Shown: positions 46,674-55,898 of the stretch, one piece after another
How the letters are laid out: each line of letters opens with the position of its first letter
How positions within the stretch are numbered: the first letter of the stretch is position 1
Assembly (NCBI GenBank): GCA_045542015.1
Contig: JAZQKF010000079.1
Coordinates: 1,635 to 65,634, forward strand
From: Acutalibacteraceae bacterium
GTDB lineage: Bacteria; Bacillota; Clostridia; Oscillospirales; Acutalibacteraceae
Length of the DNA stretch: 64,000 nucleotides
Direction: 5' to 3'
The notes under the pieces: generated by a model
The model's database searches: none
Seen by the model: the letters and a program-made list of their open reading frames with translations, nothing else
What the model was told of the DNA's origin: nothing
Translations under genes and position numbers: made by a program

Positions 46674-49379
46674 TTATTGCACGTGGAGGGAGGACGACGG
46701 CAGCTCGGCATAAATAATGCCGTACTTGGTCTTAAACGCCACGCGCGCCTTCAGATAACCCTTTGCGGGCTTGTAAATGCCGTAGCCGACCTCCTTTTGC
46801 GCATCCGTCAGCAGAGTGATGTGAACGGTCGCATTGGAGGAAGCGTTGATCCACTGAATATACAAAGGTTCGGCATTGCCGCTGCAAGCGAAGGATACCT
46901 TCACCTGTCGGGTGCCCTGATACAGTTCCGCGGAGGAGGTGACGTTGGTCACCAGCCACTTACAGTATTTGGAGTTCTTCTTGGGGCCGACCACACGGGC
47001 GCGGTAGATACCGGCCTTCAGACCCTTCAGCTTTACCACGCTGGACACAGACCGCGTCTCCTCCAGCTGCCAGGCGTCGGACACCCAACGATAAATCTCC
47101 ACGTCGGTGTAACCGCTGGTGCTCAGCACGTCCAGCACCACCGTTTCGTCGGAACGCCAGTTGGCCTCGTCACCCTTACGCGGGATGATGACTGTGTTGT
47201 AAGACACCGTCTTTGCCTTTTCATCCCCCACCGCCACGTAGTCGGAGGGAGTATAGGTCACATCCGCCAGCTTGCTGTAGCGGCAGTACTCATACAAGTT
47301 GGACGGGAACCGCTCCTTCAACGCCGTGATGGTGTATTTGCCGCTGTGAACGTCCGAGCCGGCCGACTCGGACACCGTAACCGTGACGATATTGCCGTGC
47401 TGATCGCGCACGATGCCGGTGATCATCGCCACGTGACCCTGTCCCACGATGGTATCGCACAGCTTGAGGCACTGTAGGTCCTGCCGCTCCAGCAGGGTCA
47501 TACCGGGGATCTCGGTCCACTGGTAGGTGGTGTAATTGGGGACGATATTTAAAGCATATGCACATGTGGTACTACATACAGTTCCATAATAAGTATCACC
47601 GTTAATATTGCCGTAATCCTCACCCAAATCAATGGTGTATAGGTAGCTGTTCGGGTTCTGCAAAGCGGTCATAAACGTGTGGAAACTAACGTTATTGGGG
47701 ACATACGCCTGGTCAATACGAGTCGAACTGTATGGTATACCCTTTTGGGTTAGATTTGCCGGCAGATCTTTGTTGCTTTGAGGAATGGCGCGGATAGGAG
47801 TAAAAGCAAGGCTTACTAACTGCTGCATATTCCACAATGCATTCTGCACGCCCTGATTCTCCGGCTTATCCGCGGTCAGCACCAACGGCTCATCCGGTGT
47901 GGTGGGCTTGGTGGTGGAGGTAGTCGTAGAGGTGGTGGTACCGGTGGTCGTAGATGTAGAAGTGGTGGTGCCTGTCGGATCGGTGGGTTGCGAAGGAACA
48001 GAGGGAACCGAAGGCTCAGAAGGAACCGAAGGCTCGGTGGGCTCGGTTTCCTCCGCGTCGGCCTCCGCCTCAAAGTCGCGATAAGCGTCACTTCCCGCCG
48101 CATAGGCGAAGAACTGCGCCATAGCCGAGGGTACCACACCGTCGACCGACTCGGAAATCAGCTCCTCCCCCTCCGGCTCAGCGGGCGTATCCAGCAGCAG
48201 GAAGCGGACGTAAGCCGCCGACGGCGGCGCCAGATTCAGCACCTTTTTGGCGCGGGTCATAAAGAAGCTGCCGCAGGAAATGAACTGCTTGTCGCTATCG
48301 TAGAAGAAGGGCATAAAGGTGGTGCGCCCCTCCGGCTTGACCAGAACGTCCCGCACCGACAGATAGCCGGTGCGACTGTACGCGGTATCGGCGGTTTCGG
48401 CGCCGTTCTCCTCAGACAAACCGCCGCTATGGAAGGTCAGCGGCACCACACTCTGGCGCTTATTACCGGTGACTACGATGGAATCGCCGAGAGCCGCCGC
48501 ATCGGTCACGGCAGAGCCGTCCGCTGAATAGGCGGTCAAGCGGATACCAACGGCATCGGCAGGGATGCCGAGATCCCCCAACACCGTCCAATTGGCGGTA
48601 ATATCTATCGAAGACAGATAGCCGTCCACGCCATAGTAATGCGCGCGGGCATAGGCGGTCGGCGAACCTTTAGTCTCCTCCGGCAGGCGGATCAGCAGGT
48701 CGGTGCTGTTGATATAATCGGTGCGCACGTCCGTGGTACTCTCCGCCTCGGTGCCGTCGGCACCCAGCGTACCCCGCTCCCAATTCAGCGAGCCGGGTTG
48801 TACCTCATAGCGGATCTTCTTGCCGCTGGAATTGGCGGATAAAATGTCACCATAGGCACACACCTCGTCCCCCTCGGCGTTTTTATAAACAAAGTACGGA
48901 CGGGCGTAGATGAGGGTATCGATCTGCGCCTCGGGAACGTTGACGATGCGCGTCACGTATTCGGCGTAGTTGCTGCCGCAACCAAACAGGTATTTCGCCT
49001 GGATATTCGTGACACCGGACTCATTAATTTTGAAAGCATTAGGGTTGTCACCAATCACTGCCTTATTGGTCATCACGGCACCGAAGCGCTCCAGCTTATA
49101 CGTGACGCCGTCAAAGGTCACCGTGGCGTTGTCGGTCACGGTCATTCGTCCGGAACCGTATTGGACACCCTTGGCGTTGATGCGGTAACGGAATGCCAGC
49201 GCCACTACGCTGGAGCCGTCAGACAGCTTTCTGTGAGTTTCAGCGCGGCTGACACCGGTCATCAGCATCAGGTCGGACGCCGCCGTATCCGTCGCCACGG
49301 CACCCAACGGCAGCAGAGCGCACAGCAACGCCACCGCCGCAACCAATGCCAAGAATTTGTGCAGTCTATATTTCATCAT
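46674..49379 (-). CDS. ~901-aa secreted protein D: N-terminal domain X + central modules + T/P linker + C-terminal papain-like (NlpC/P60-like?) module
   Basis: Signal peptide MMKYRLHKFLALVAAVALLCALLPLGAVA. Domain X about 48780-49277. Linker TTSTSTTTGTTTSTTTSTTKPTTP. Cys/His pattern GTVCSTTCAYAL...GQGHVAMITG. The catalytic call is tentative. Confidence 0.75.
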   Translation of the reverse strand: MMKYRLHKFLALVAAVALLCALLPLGAVATDTAASDLMLMTGVSRAETHRKLSDGSSVVALAFRYRINAKGVQYGSGRMTVTDNATVTFDGVTYKLERFGAVMTNKAVIGDNPNAFKINESGVTNIQAKYLFGCGSNYAEYVTRIVNVPEAQIDTLIYARPYFVYKNAEGDEVCAYGDILSANSSGKKIRYEVQPGSLNWERGTLGADGTEAESTTDVRTDYINSTDLLIRLPEETKGSPTAYARAHYYGVDGYLSSIDITANWTVLGDLGIPADAVGIRLTAYSADGSAVTDAAALGDSIVVTGNKRQSVVPLTFHSGGLSEENGAETADTAYSRTGYLSVRDVLVKPEGRTTFMPFFYDSDKQFISCGSFFMTRAKKVLNLAPPSAAYVRFLLLDTPAEPEGEELISESVDGVVPSAMAQFFAYAAGSDAYRDFEAEADAEETEPTEPSVPSEPSVPSVPSQPTDPTGTTTSTSTTTGTTTSTTTSTTKPTTPDEPLVLTADKPENQGVQNALWNMQQLVSLAFTPIRAIPQSNKDLPANLTQKGIPYSSTRIDQAYVPNNVSFHTFMTALQNPNSYLYTIDLGEDYGNINGDTYYGTVCSTTCAYALNIVPNYTTYQWTEIPGMTLLERQDLQCLKLCDTIVGQGHVAMITGIVRDQHGNIVTVTVSESAGSDVHSGKYTITALKERFPSNLYEYCRYSKLADVTYTPSDYVAVGDEKAKTVSYNTVIIPRKGDEANWRSDETVVLDVLSTSGYTDVEIYRWVSDAWQLEETRSVSSVVKLKGLKAGIYRARVVGPKKNSKYCKWLVTNVTSSAELYQGTRQVKVSFACSGNAEPLYIQWINASSNATVHITLLTDAQKEVGYGIYKPAKGYLKARVAFKTKYGIIYAELPSSSLHVQ

Positions 49380-49443
49380 CGTTCCTCCCAACATACAACG
49401 CATCGCAAGCATTGTGAGAAATGAGAAAAATTATCCACTATTT

Positions 49444-49473
49444 ATATTACTATATGTTCCTTCGTAATGTCAA
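49444..49473 (-). promoter_or_regulatory. sigma-A promoter of protein D gene
   Basis: Minus strand TTGACA (49468-49473), 18 nt spacer, TAATAT (49444-49449). Confidence 0.5.
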
Positions 49474-49507
49474 CAGCATTTTTCGCGCCACCCTACCTGC
49501 ACCGCAT

Positions 49508-49539
49508 AAAAAAAGCAACCCCGTGCGGGGTTGCTTTTT
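49508..49539. terminator. intrinsic terminator
   Basis: Hairpin GCAACCCC-GTGC-GGGGTTGC flanked by an A-run and a T-run. Confidence 0.75.
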
Positions 49540-49544
49540 AAAAC

Positions 49545-51566
49545 TCACCACTTCAAAGTGCCATCGTTAAACTGTGGCGCATCCCGATAGCAGGTACTGA
49601 TGATCTCGCCATACGTAATCACCCGCTGTCCGTCCCGTTCGAACACGTAGTACGGACGAGCATATACCTGCGCATCTGCCAAATGGACGGGAACATTCAC
49701 CACGCGGGCTGTAAAGCGAACACACTTGCCAGTCACGCCCACCAGGTAGCGTGCCTTCACGCGCACGGTGTTAGGGGACAGGTTCTCCACCGTCATACGG
49801 GCGGGATCCTCCCCCACCGCCGCATCGTTGCTTAACAGGGCGCCCATATCCACCAGCGTATACTCTCCGCCGTCACCGTAGGCGTCGACGGTGGCATTCT
49901 TGAGCAAACACCGATAATCGACAGTCATCTTGACGTTGGAGGCATTCAGCTGAAAGCGGAAGCCCAGGCCGCCGTACTTTTCGCTCATCTCCATACGGGA
50001 CACGCCCGCTCCGCTCAGCAGATCCCCTCTGCCTGTCGGAACGGGGCACAGCCCCTCCTCCAGCAAAAACGCCGCCAACTCGTCGGCAAAGGTCTGCTGA
50101 CCGACCAGGTCGGGGTGATACCCGCCGCCCGCCGTATTGCGGGTCAACCGACAGGCATAATAACCGGACGCCTCACCGCCAAATTCCTCCACGATATCCT
50201 CGATCATAGAGGAAACGCCGGTAGTCATCATACCGTGAATCCACACGATGGGAGCGTCGGGATTCTTGGCACGGACCAACCGCAGCATCTCCACCAAGCC
50301 GGCGCGAACAGACGCCGTATCGGGGCCCTTGGAATTATCGTTGGTGCCCAGCGCCAAGATCACCACGTCGGGCTGTACGGAAAAATCATAGGCGGCGGTC
50401 TTGTCGTAGTGATAGCGTTGAGCGGGATACACCTCCTGCATGGTGGTGGAGCTGTAGCCGTATTTACACCCCAAGCCCGACCAGGACACGTTGGACCAGT
50501 CGGCATTCAGCGCCCGTGCGGTCAAATAGGTGTACGCTCGGGTACCGTCAGACCACAGCGGGTTGCCGTTGCCCTTGGTGCTGTCGCCCAGATTGCCAAA
50601 GCCGCAGGAAATGGAATCGCCGATAAACTCGATACACACGTCTTTATCAGCGGGTCTGTCCAGCATCTCTCCGTCGTAGGACAGAGCACATACACCTACC
50701 TCACCGTAGGAGTGCTCGGTCTGTCGATAGATGGCAAAAGTATGCTTGCCGGAGGACAGCCCCTCTGCCAGATTCACCTTGGTTTCGCCCACAGAGGTAA
50801 TACGGCAATAATTCCGCGGCTGCGGAATACCGTCCACCACGATGGTGAAATACACGCCGCCCTCTGAGCCGGAGTTGGCGATCCGACGGGCGTTAAAGGT
50901 GGCGTACACATCCCCCTCGCAGTTCAGTTCAAATTCCATACCCGAAATGGAGAAATCCAGCATCAGCGTGCCGCCAACCATAGCGGTACGCCCCTGGGTT
51001 TTCACCTTATCCTTCAGGGTTTCCATCATCTTAAGATGGGGGTCGCCGTCATCGGCGCCCAGCACCACCTCGGTCAGGGTGACGTCGTCCAGATACATCT
51101 CGGTTGCCTGGTTATTACCCGCTCCCACCAGAGTGAAAAACACCGTGTCGCTCGTAGCTTCAAACTCCACGGAAAAGCGGGTCCATTCGGTTTTCGTGCC
51201 ATAAGTATAAGCCAGCTTAACACCCTTATCCGTGGTGCCGTCGCACAGCTGAATATTCACACCGTTGGACAGCGCCTTATACCACACGCTGAAGCGGTAG
51301 GTGGTGCCCACCTCCAGGCCGGTGACGGTCTGATTACCCAAGCCGCCCCAGCCGCCGTTGCCCACCACGTGCAGACCGTAGCTGCCGCTGCGGGCGGCGG
51401 TAGCATCCACCTGGGTGGACTGATACACCTGCCAGCCGTCGTTGCTGCCGCTCTCGAAATCGCCGTTGACAAACCGATTGACGGCGGCGGATGCTGTAGG
51501 AATGGTCGTCCACAGCAACAGCACGGCCATCAACACCGACAGAATACGCCGTTGTGTTCTTTTCAT
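49545..51566 (-). CDS. 673-aa secreted protein B: CBM-like + CE2-like SGNH esterase + domain X
   Basis: Signal peptide. NGDFESGSNDGW module. IEFIGDSISCGFG, ALGTNDNS and YHPD SGNH blocks. Domain X ends FNDGTLKW (49548-49571). Confidence 0.85.
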   Translation of the reverse strand: MKRTQRRILSVLMAVLLLWTTIPTASAAVNRFVNGDFESGSNDGWQVYQSTQVDATAARSGSYGLHVVGNGGWGGLGNQTVTGLEVGTTYRFSVWYKALSNGVNIQLCDGTTDKGVKLAYTYGTKTEWTRFSVEFEATSDTVFFTLVGAGNNQATEMYLDDVTLTEVVLGADDGDPHLKMMETLKDKVKTQGRTAMVGGTLMLDFSISGMEFELNCEGDVYATFNARRIANSGSEGGVYFTIVVDGIPQPRNYCRITSVGETKVNLAEGLSSGKHTFAIYRQTEHSYGEVGVCALSYDGEMLDRPADKDVCIEFIGDSISCGFGNLGDSTKGNGNPLWSDGTRAYTYLTARALNADWSNVSWSGLGCKYGYSSTTMQEVYPAQRYHYDKTAAYDFSVQPDVVILALGTNDNSKGPDTASVRAGLVEMLRLVRAKNPDAPIVWIHGMMTTGVSSMIEDIVEEFGGEASGYYACRLTRNTAGGGYHPDLVGQQTFADELAAFLLEEGLCPVPTGRGDLLSGAGVSRMEMSEKYGGLGFRFQLNASNVKMTVDYRCLLKNATVDAYGDGGEYTLVDMGALLSNDAAVGEDPARMTVENLSPNTVRVKARYLVGVTGKCVRFTARVVNVPVHLADAQVYARPYYVFERDGQRVITYGEIISTCYRDAPQFNDGTLKW

Positions 51567-51613
51567 ACAAACACCGTCCGTTTCTCAAAAGCAAGATAGT
51601 GAGATATAGGGAC

Positions 51614-51642
51614 AGTATAACAAACCCATATGGCAAAGTCAA
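51614..51642 (-). promoter_or_regulatory. sigma-A promoter of protein B gene
   Basis: Minus strand TTGACT (51637-51642), 17 nt spacer, TATACT (51614-51619). Confidence 0.5.
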
Positions 51643-51645
51643 ACG

Positions 51646-51681
51646 CAAAAGCCCCCGAACACCGAGATGGTGTTCGGGGGC
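51646..51681 (-). terminator. intrinsic terminator
   Basis: Hairpin GCCCCCGAACACC...GGTGTTCGGGGGC with a short T-run on the minus strand. Confidence 0.65.
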
Positions 51682-51736
51682 CTCATAGATTTATGGTTTC
51701 GGAACAGTCGGCCTGAATGTTATACGATTGGCCGTC

Positions 51737-54703
51737 TTACCACTCCAAAGCGCCGTCGTTGAACTCAAATTTGCCGTCGTAGTTGGCGCAGACGATCTCA
51801 TCGTACACCACTACCTGCTCGCCGGCCGCATTCTCGTAGATGTAGTAAGGACGAGCGTAGATGGCGGTAGCGGACTGCGACTCAGGAATGCGGATGATAC
51901 GCACGGCATACGTAGCGCCGTTTTCGTCGCACGCCATCAGATTCTCAGCGGATACCTTCTTAGTTCTGGTATTATCCGCATTGTCAATGATCAGCTTTCT
52001 CTCGCTCTGACCGACCAGCATATCGTTGGTCACCACGGCACCGAAGTCCACCAGCTTATATTCCTCGCCGTCGGACAGAGTCACGGTGGCGTCGGCGATA
52101 TCCCGCTTATAAGCAGTGCCCGCCTTGATATCGATGCCATTGGCGGCAATATTAAACTGGAACGCCAGACCGCAGCCGATGGTGGTATCCTCCATGCGGC
52201 TGGTCTCGCCGCCGGAAATCAGATCGTCGGACAGCACGGGCTCGTCGGGGATGTCGGGAGTGTCGGGAGTGTCGGGAGTGTCGGGAGTATTATTGCCCTC
52301 AGCCAGGCCGTTCTCCTGCAGGAAAGCCACCAGCTCGTCGGCAAACTTCTGCTGACCCGCCAGGTTGGGGTGAGCACCGCCGCCGGCGTTGTTCTGGGTG
52401 AGCTTGCAGGCATAGTAGCCGGCGTCGGCGCCGCCGAACTCGGCCACGATCTCCTCGATCATAGAAGAAACGCCGGTGGTCATCATACCGTGGATCCACA
52501 CGATGGGCGCGTTGGGATTCTTGGCGCGGACCAGCTGCAGCATCTCCACCAGACCCTCACGCTTCAAGGTGGCGTTGGACTGCATGGAGTTATCGTTGGT
52601 GCCCAGAGCCAGGACGATCACGTCGGGCTCCTTGGCAAAATCGTACTGAGTGGTCTTATCGTAGTTGTAGCGCTGGGCAGGATACACGTCCTGCATAGTG
52701 ATGGTACTATAGCCATACTTACAGCCCAGACCGGACCAGGAAACGGTGGACCAGTCGGCATTCAGCGCCTTGGAGGCGATGTAGGTGTAAGCCTGGGTGC
52801 CGTCGGACCAGAGCGGGTTGCCGTCGCCCTGGGAGCTGTTGCCCAGGTTTCCGAAGCCGCAGGAGATGGAGTCGCCGATGTACTCGATGTACAGATCCTT
52901 ATCGGCGGGCTTATCCAGCAGCTCACCGTCGAAGGACAGGGCACAAATACCCACCTCACCGTGAGAGTGCTCGGACTGACGGTAGATGGCAAAGGTGTGC
53001 TTGCCGGAGGACAGACCCTCTGCCAGCTTCACCTTGGTCTCGCCCACGGAGGAAATGCGGCAGTAGTCGCGGGCCTTGCTCACGCCGTCCACCACGATGG
53101 TGAAATACACACCGCCATCAGCGGCAGAGTTGGAGATCTTGCCGGCGTTGAAGGTAGCGTACACATCGCCGGCGCAATCCAGCTCGAACTCAATACCGGA
53201 CACGGTAAAGTCCAGCATCAGGGTGCCGCGCACCAGGGAGGTGCGACCCTGGGTCTTGATGTCGTCCATCAGGGTGTCGATCATTTTCAGGTTGGGGTCG
53301 TCGTCGTTGCCGCCCAGGACCACCTCGGTCAGGGTGACATCGTCCATATACATCTTCTCGGCCGTGCCGGTGCCGGAGCCAACGAGAGCAAAGCAAACGG
53401 TGCTAGTGGTAGCCTCAAACTCCACGGCGAACTCGGTCCACTGGGTGTTGCTGCCATAGATGTAAGCCAGCTTGGCGCCGGAGTTGTTGCTGCCCTCGCA
53501 CAGCTGAATGTTCACGCCGGCGGACAACGCCTTATACCACAGGCTGATGCGGTAAACCTTACCGACCTCCAGACTGTTGATGACCTGCTGACCCAAGCCT
53601 CCCCAGCCACCGTTGCCTTCAATGTACAGACCGTAGTTGCCGGTCTTAGCGGCAGTAGCATCCACCTTGGTGTTCTGATACAACTGCCAGCTGGAAGAAG
53701 AACCGGTCTCGAAGTTACCATTGACCACTAATCCGGTCTCGCCCAAAGCGGGCTCGTCGGGGGTGGCAGGCTCGCCGAACTCATTCAGGCAAACCAAAGA
53801 TAAATCATCAAAATAACCAGAAGCATCCGCTGCAGTACCCATCAGCGAAAAGATGATACTGGTCCGGTCACCAGTATTGAACTGCAGAGTGGTCTTACTC
53901 CAATCGGCGGAAAAAGCAATATTCTTCTGTTCTATGTTGACGGTGTCGTTACCGTCCTTGATCAATAAAGAGAAGTTATTAACATCTCTGGACCACAGAG
54001 TCGCCTCGTAATCAGTGTTGGGCTTCACATTGACAATCTGACGGAAGTGATTCCACTCGCCGCAACCGATATTCAAGCCGATGGAATCATTGTGACCGTG
54101 ACCATTTATCACAGCAGCATTGCAAGCACCCCACAAATTTTCCCAACCGGTGGTGCTACCAATTTCAAAGTCACCGTTTTCTAACAAGTTCGTACCTGTA
54201 GTAGTAGGAGCTTTCTCAGTGATCTTCACATAGTCGATGTAAAAAGTAGTACCACTAAGAGCATAGGTGCCGGTCTGGATGCAGACGATGGCTCCAGAGC
54301 TCACATCATCGGCGATGACAGTGAATTCATAATCCATCCACCCAAGGGACACTTCCAAATCTTGCTGAGCGGCGGTATGACCGGTCCAGCCATTGTTGAT
54401 CTTGAAGCTTAGTGTCTGCGGCAAATCCGCTTTAACACGCATAGACACTGTATATTCGGTGCCCGCCTGAATGGCATTGGCATAGGCATAAATATTAGCC
54501 CAATCATCAAGGGTGCCATACAGCACCGCAGTGCCATCCCTTACGGTAGCAGATTCGCTACGAAACAGGAAGCCGTCAGCATCAGCGTTGAAACTGGCAT
54601 CCATAATGACATCGCCGGGGGTGGCGAATACGCTCATCGGGATAACCGAGCACATCAACAATACAGCCAACACAACAGACAGTACTTTGTTAAACTTGCG
54701 CAT
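51737..54703 (-). CDS. 988-aa secreted protein C: 3 CBM-like + CE2-like SGNH esterase + (TPD)n linker + domain X
   Basis: Signal peptide. The CE2-like core is very similar to protein B. Domain X ends FNDGALEW (51740-51763). RBS AGGAGG. Confidence 0.85.
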   Translation of the reverse strand: MRKFNKVLSVVLAVLLMCSVIPMSVFATPGDVIMDASFNADADGFLFRSESATVRDGTAVLYGTLDDWANIYAYANAIQAGTEYTVSMRVKADLPQTLSFKINNGWTGHTAAQQDLEVSLGWMDYEFTVIADDVSSGAIVCIQTGTYALSGTTFYIDYVKITEKAPTTTGTNLLENGDFEIGSTTGWENLWGACNAAVINGHGHNDSIGLNIGCGEWNHFRQIVNVKPNTDYEATLWSRDVNNFSLLIKDGNDTVNIEQKNIAFSADWSKTTLQFNTGDRTSIIFSLMGTAADASGYFDDLSLVCLNEFGEPATPDEPALGETGLVVNGNFETGSSSSWQLYQNTKVDATAAKTGNYGLYIEGNGGWGGLGQQVINSLEVGKVYRISLWYKALSAGVNIQLCEGSNNSGAKLAYIYGSNTQWTEFAVEFEATTSTVCFALVGSGTGTAEKMYMDDVTLTEVVLGGNDDDPNLKMIDTLMDDIKTQGRTSLVRGTLMLDFTVSGIEFELDCAGDVYATFNAGKISNSAADGGVYFTIVVDGVSKARDYCRISSVGETKVKLAEGLSSGKHTFAIYRQSEHSHGEVGICALSFDGELLDKPADKDLYIEYIGDSISCGFGNLGNSSQGDGNPLWSDGTQAYTYIASKALNADWSTVSWSGLGCKYGYSTITMQDVYPAQRYNYDKTTQYDFAKEPDVIVLALGTNDNSMQSNATLKREGLVEMLQLVRAKNPNAPIVWIHGMMTTGVSSMIEEIVAEFGGADAGYYACKLTQNNAGGGAHPNLAGQQKFADELVAFLQENGLAEGNNTPDTPDTPDTPDIPDEPVLSDDLISGGETSRMEDTTIGCGLAFQFNIAANGIDIKAGTAYKRDIADATVTLSDGEEYKLVDFGAVVTNDMLVGQSERKLIIDNADNTRTKKVSAENLMACDENGATYAVRIIRIPESQSATAIYARPYYIYENAAGEQVVVYDEIVCANYDGKFEFNDGALEW
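52244..52288 (-). repeat. 9-bp tandem repeat (4 perfect + 1 imperfect) encoding the TPDTPDTPDTPDIPD linker
   Basis: GTCGGGAGT x4 at 52253-52288, preceded by GTCGGGGAT. In frame within protein C. Confidence 0.9.
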
Positions 54704-54765
54704 AATGTATTCCTCCTAATGACTTGATTCGAGCGCGCAGTCGCGCGCACTATGCTATCCTTAGT

Positions 54766-54794
54766 ATTATAACAAATATTACCGTCCTCGTCAA
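54766..54794 (-). promoter_or_regulatory. sigma-A promoter of protein C gene
   Basis: Minus strand TTGACG (54789-54794), 17 nt spacer, TATAAT (54766-54771). Confidence 0.5.
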
Positions 54795-54806
54795 CCGCCT
54801 ACGCAC

Positions 54807-54846
54807 AAAAAAACACCGCCTGCATAACGCAGACGGCGCTTTTTTG
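54807..54846. terminator. probable terminator (imperfect stem)
   Basis: A-run, imperfect hairpin CGCCTGC-ATAAC-GCAGACG, T-run. Sits after the 54851 gene. Confidence 0.4.
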
Positions 54847-54850
54847 CAAA

Positions 54851-55585
54851 TCACTCGCCCACCACGGCGTCGACGGCGGCGTGGATGGTATCAATGAGGG
54901 TCGCATCCCACTCGGGGAAGGCGTTGACAGCAGGAATCTTGCCGGTCAGCACCTTATACCAGGTGGCGGCGGCGGCATAGCGGCCGTAATCCCAAGACAG
55001 ATGGAATCCGTCACGATTCAGGGACAGACCGCCGTTTTTGTAATCAAAGGCGGGGGCATTCTCCCGCAGATACTGCACCACGGGGCCGCTGGGCAGGACG
55101 GTGGCGTCGATCAAGCGCCGTGCCATCTCGGTGCAGTCGCCGATGCGGCGGTACATCTCCTGCTGGTCGCGGTTGTAATTCAGGAATCCGCCGTGATCCG
55201 AGTCGATCTCATACGCCCAGGTCTGATGGAAGTAGATCTTGGCACCGGGGCATTTTTCGCGGACGTACGCCACCAGATCGGTCAAATACGGGATGTAAGT
55301 TTGAGGTTGACCACTGTAGTGGCTCACCTGCTGGACGGTGATCACGTCCCAGGTATCCAACGCCAGACCCTCGTCCAGGGTGACCATACGCTGCATATTC
55401 TTGCCGTTCTGCTCCAGGTAATAGGCGCACTCCTTATCCACCACGTGGTTCCAGTGGGTCTCCAGACTGCAGCCGCCGATCATCAGATTGGTGGTCTCCA
55501 GCTCCACGCCGTTGGCCACGGCGATTTGGTGCAGCCACTCCTGCGCATCCTGCGAAAAACTGTTACCGATAGACAGAAGCTTCAT
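54851..55585 (-). CDS. DUF4886-like SGNH-fold hydrolase (cytoplasmic)
   Basis: MKLLSIGNSFSQDAQEWLH N-terminal block. No signal peptide. The start overlaps the upstream stop. Confidence 0.7.
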   Translation of the reverse strand: MKLLSIGNSFSQDAQEWLHQIAVANGVELETTNLMIGGCSLETHWNHVVDKECAYYLEQNGKNMQRMVTLDEGLALDTWDVITVQQVSHYSGQPQTYIPYLTDLVAYVREKCPGAKIYFHQTWAYEIDSDHGGFLNYNRDQQEMYRRIGDCTEMARRLIDATVLPSGPVVQYLRENAPAFDYKNGGLSLNRDGFHLSWDYGRYAAAATWYKVLTGKIPAVNAFPEWDATLIDTIHAAVDAVVGE

Positions 55586-55878
55586 TATTCGGTCTCCCCT
55601 TTCTTATCCAAACGACGGTTACGGAAATACATAATCAGATCCAAACTGACCATAAACAGGTTCAAAAAGTAGAAAAACAGCACGTACCACTTGGCGGCGT
55701 AGTCAAAGGCGGGGTTGATGAACTTGGACGCGATGCCGGCGATATAGCCCGCAATAATCAGGCACAGAAACGGCAGACTCTTACCCTTGGCGGTGCGAGC
55801 TTTATACGATTTTATCACGTTCAGCGGCCACGAAAAGCCGAAGCAGACAAGCATCGCGATCTCCAGTAATTCAGGCAT
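55585..55878 (-). CDS. 97-aa three-TM PQ-loop / SemiSWEET-like membrane protein
   Basis: FGFSWPLNVIKSYKARTAKGKS resembles the PQ-loop motif (P-Q replaced by P-L). Three hydrophobic helices. Confidence 0.55.
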   Translation of the reverse strand: MPELLEIAMLVCFGFSWPLNVIKSYKARTAKGKSLPFLCLIIAGYIAGIASKFINPAFDYAAKWYVLFFYFLNLFMVSLDLIMYFRNRRLDKKGETE

Positions 55879-55898
55879 TTTCAGACACTCCTTCCCTA

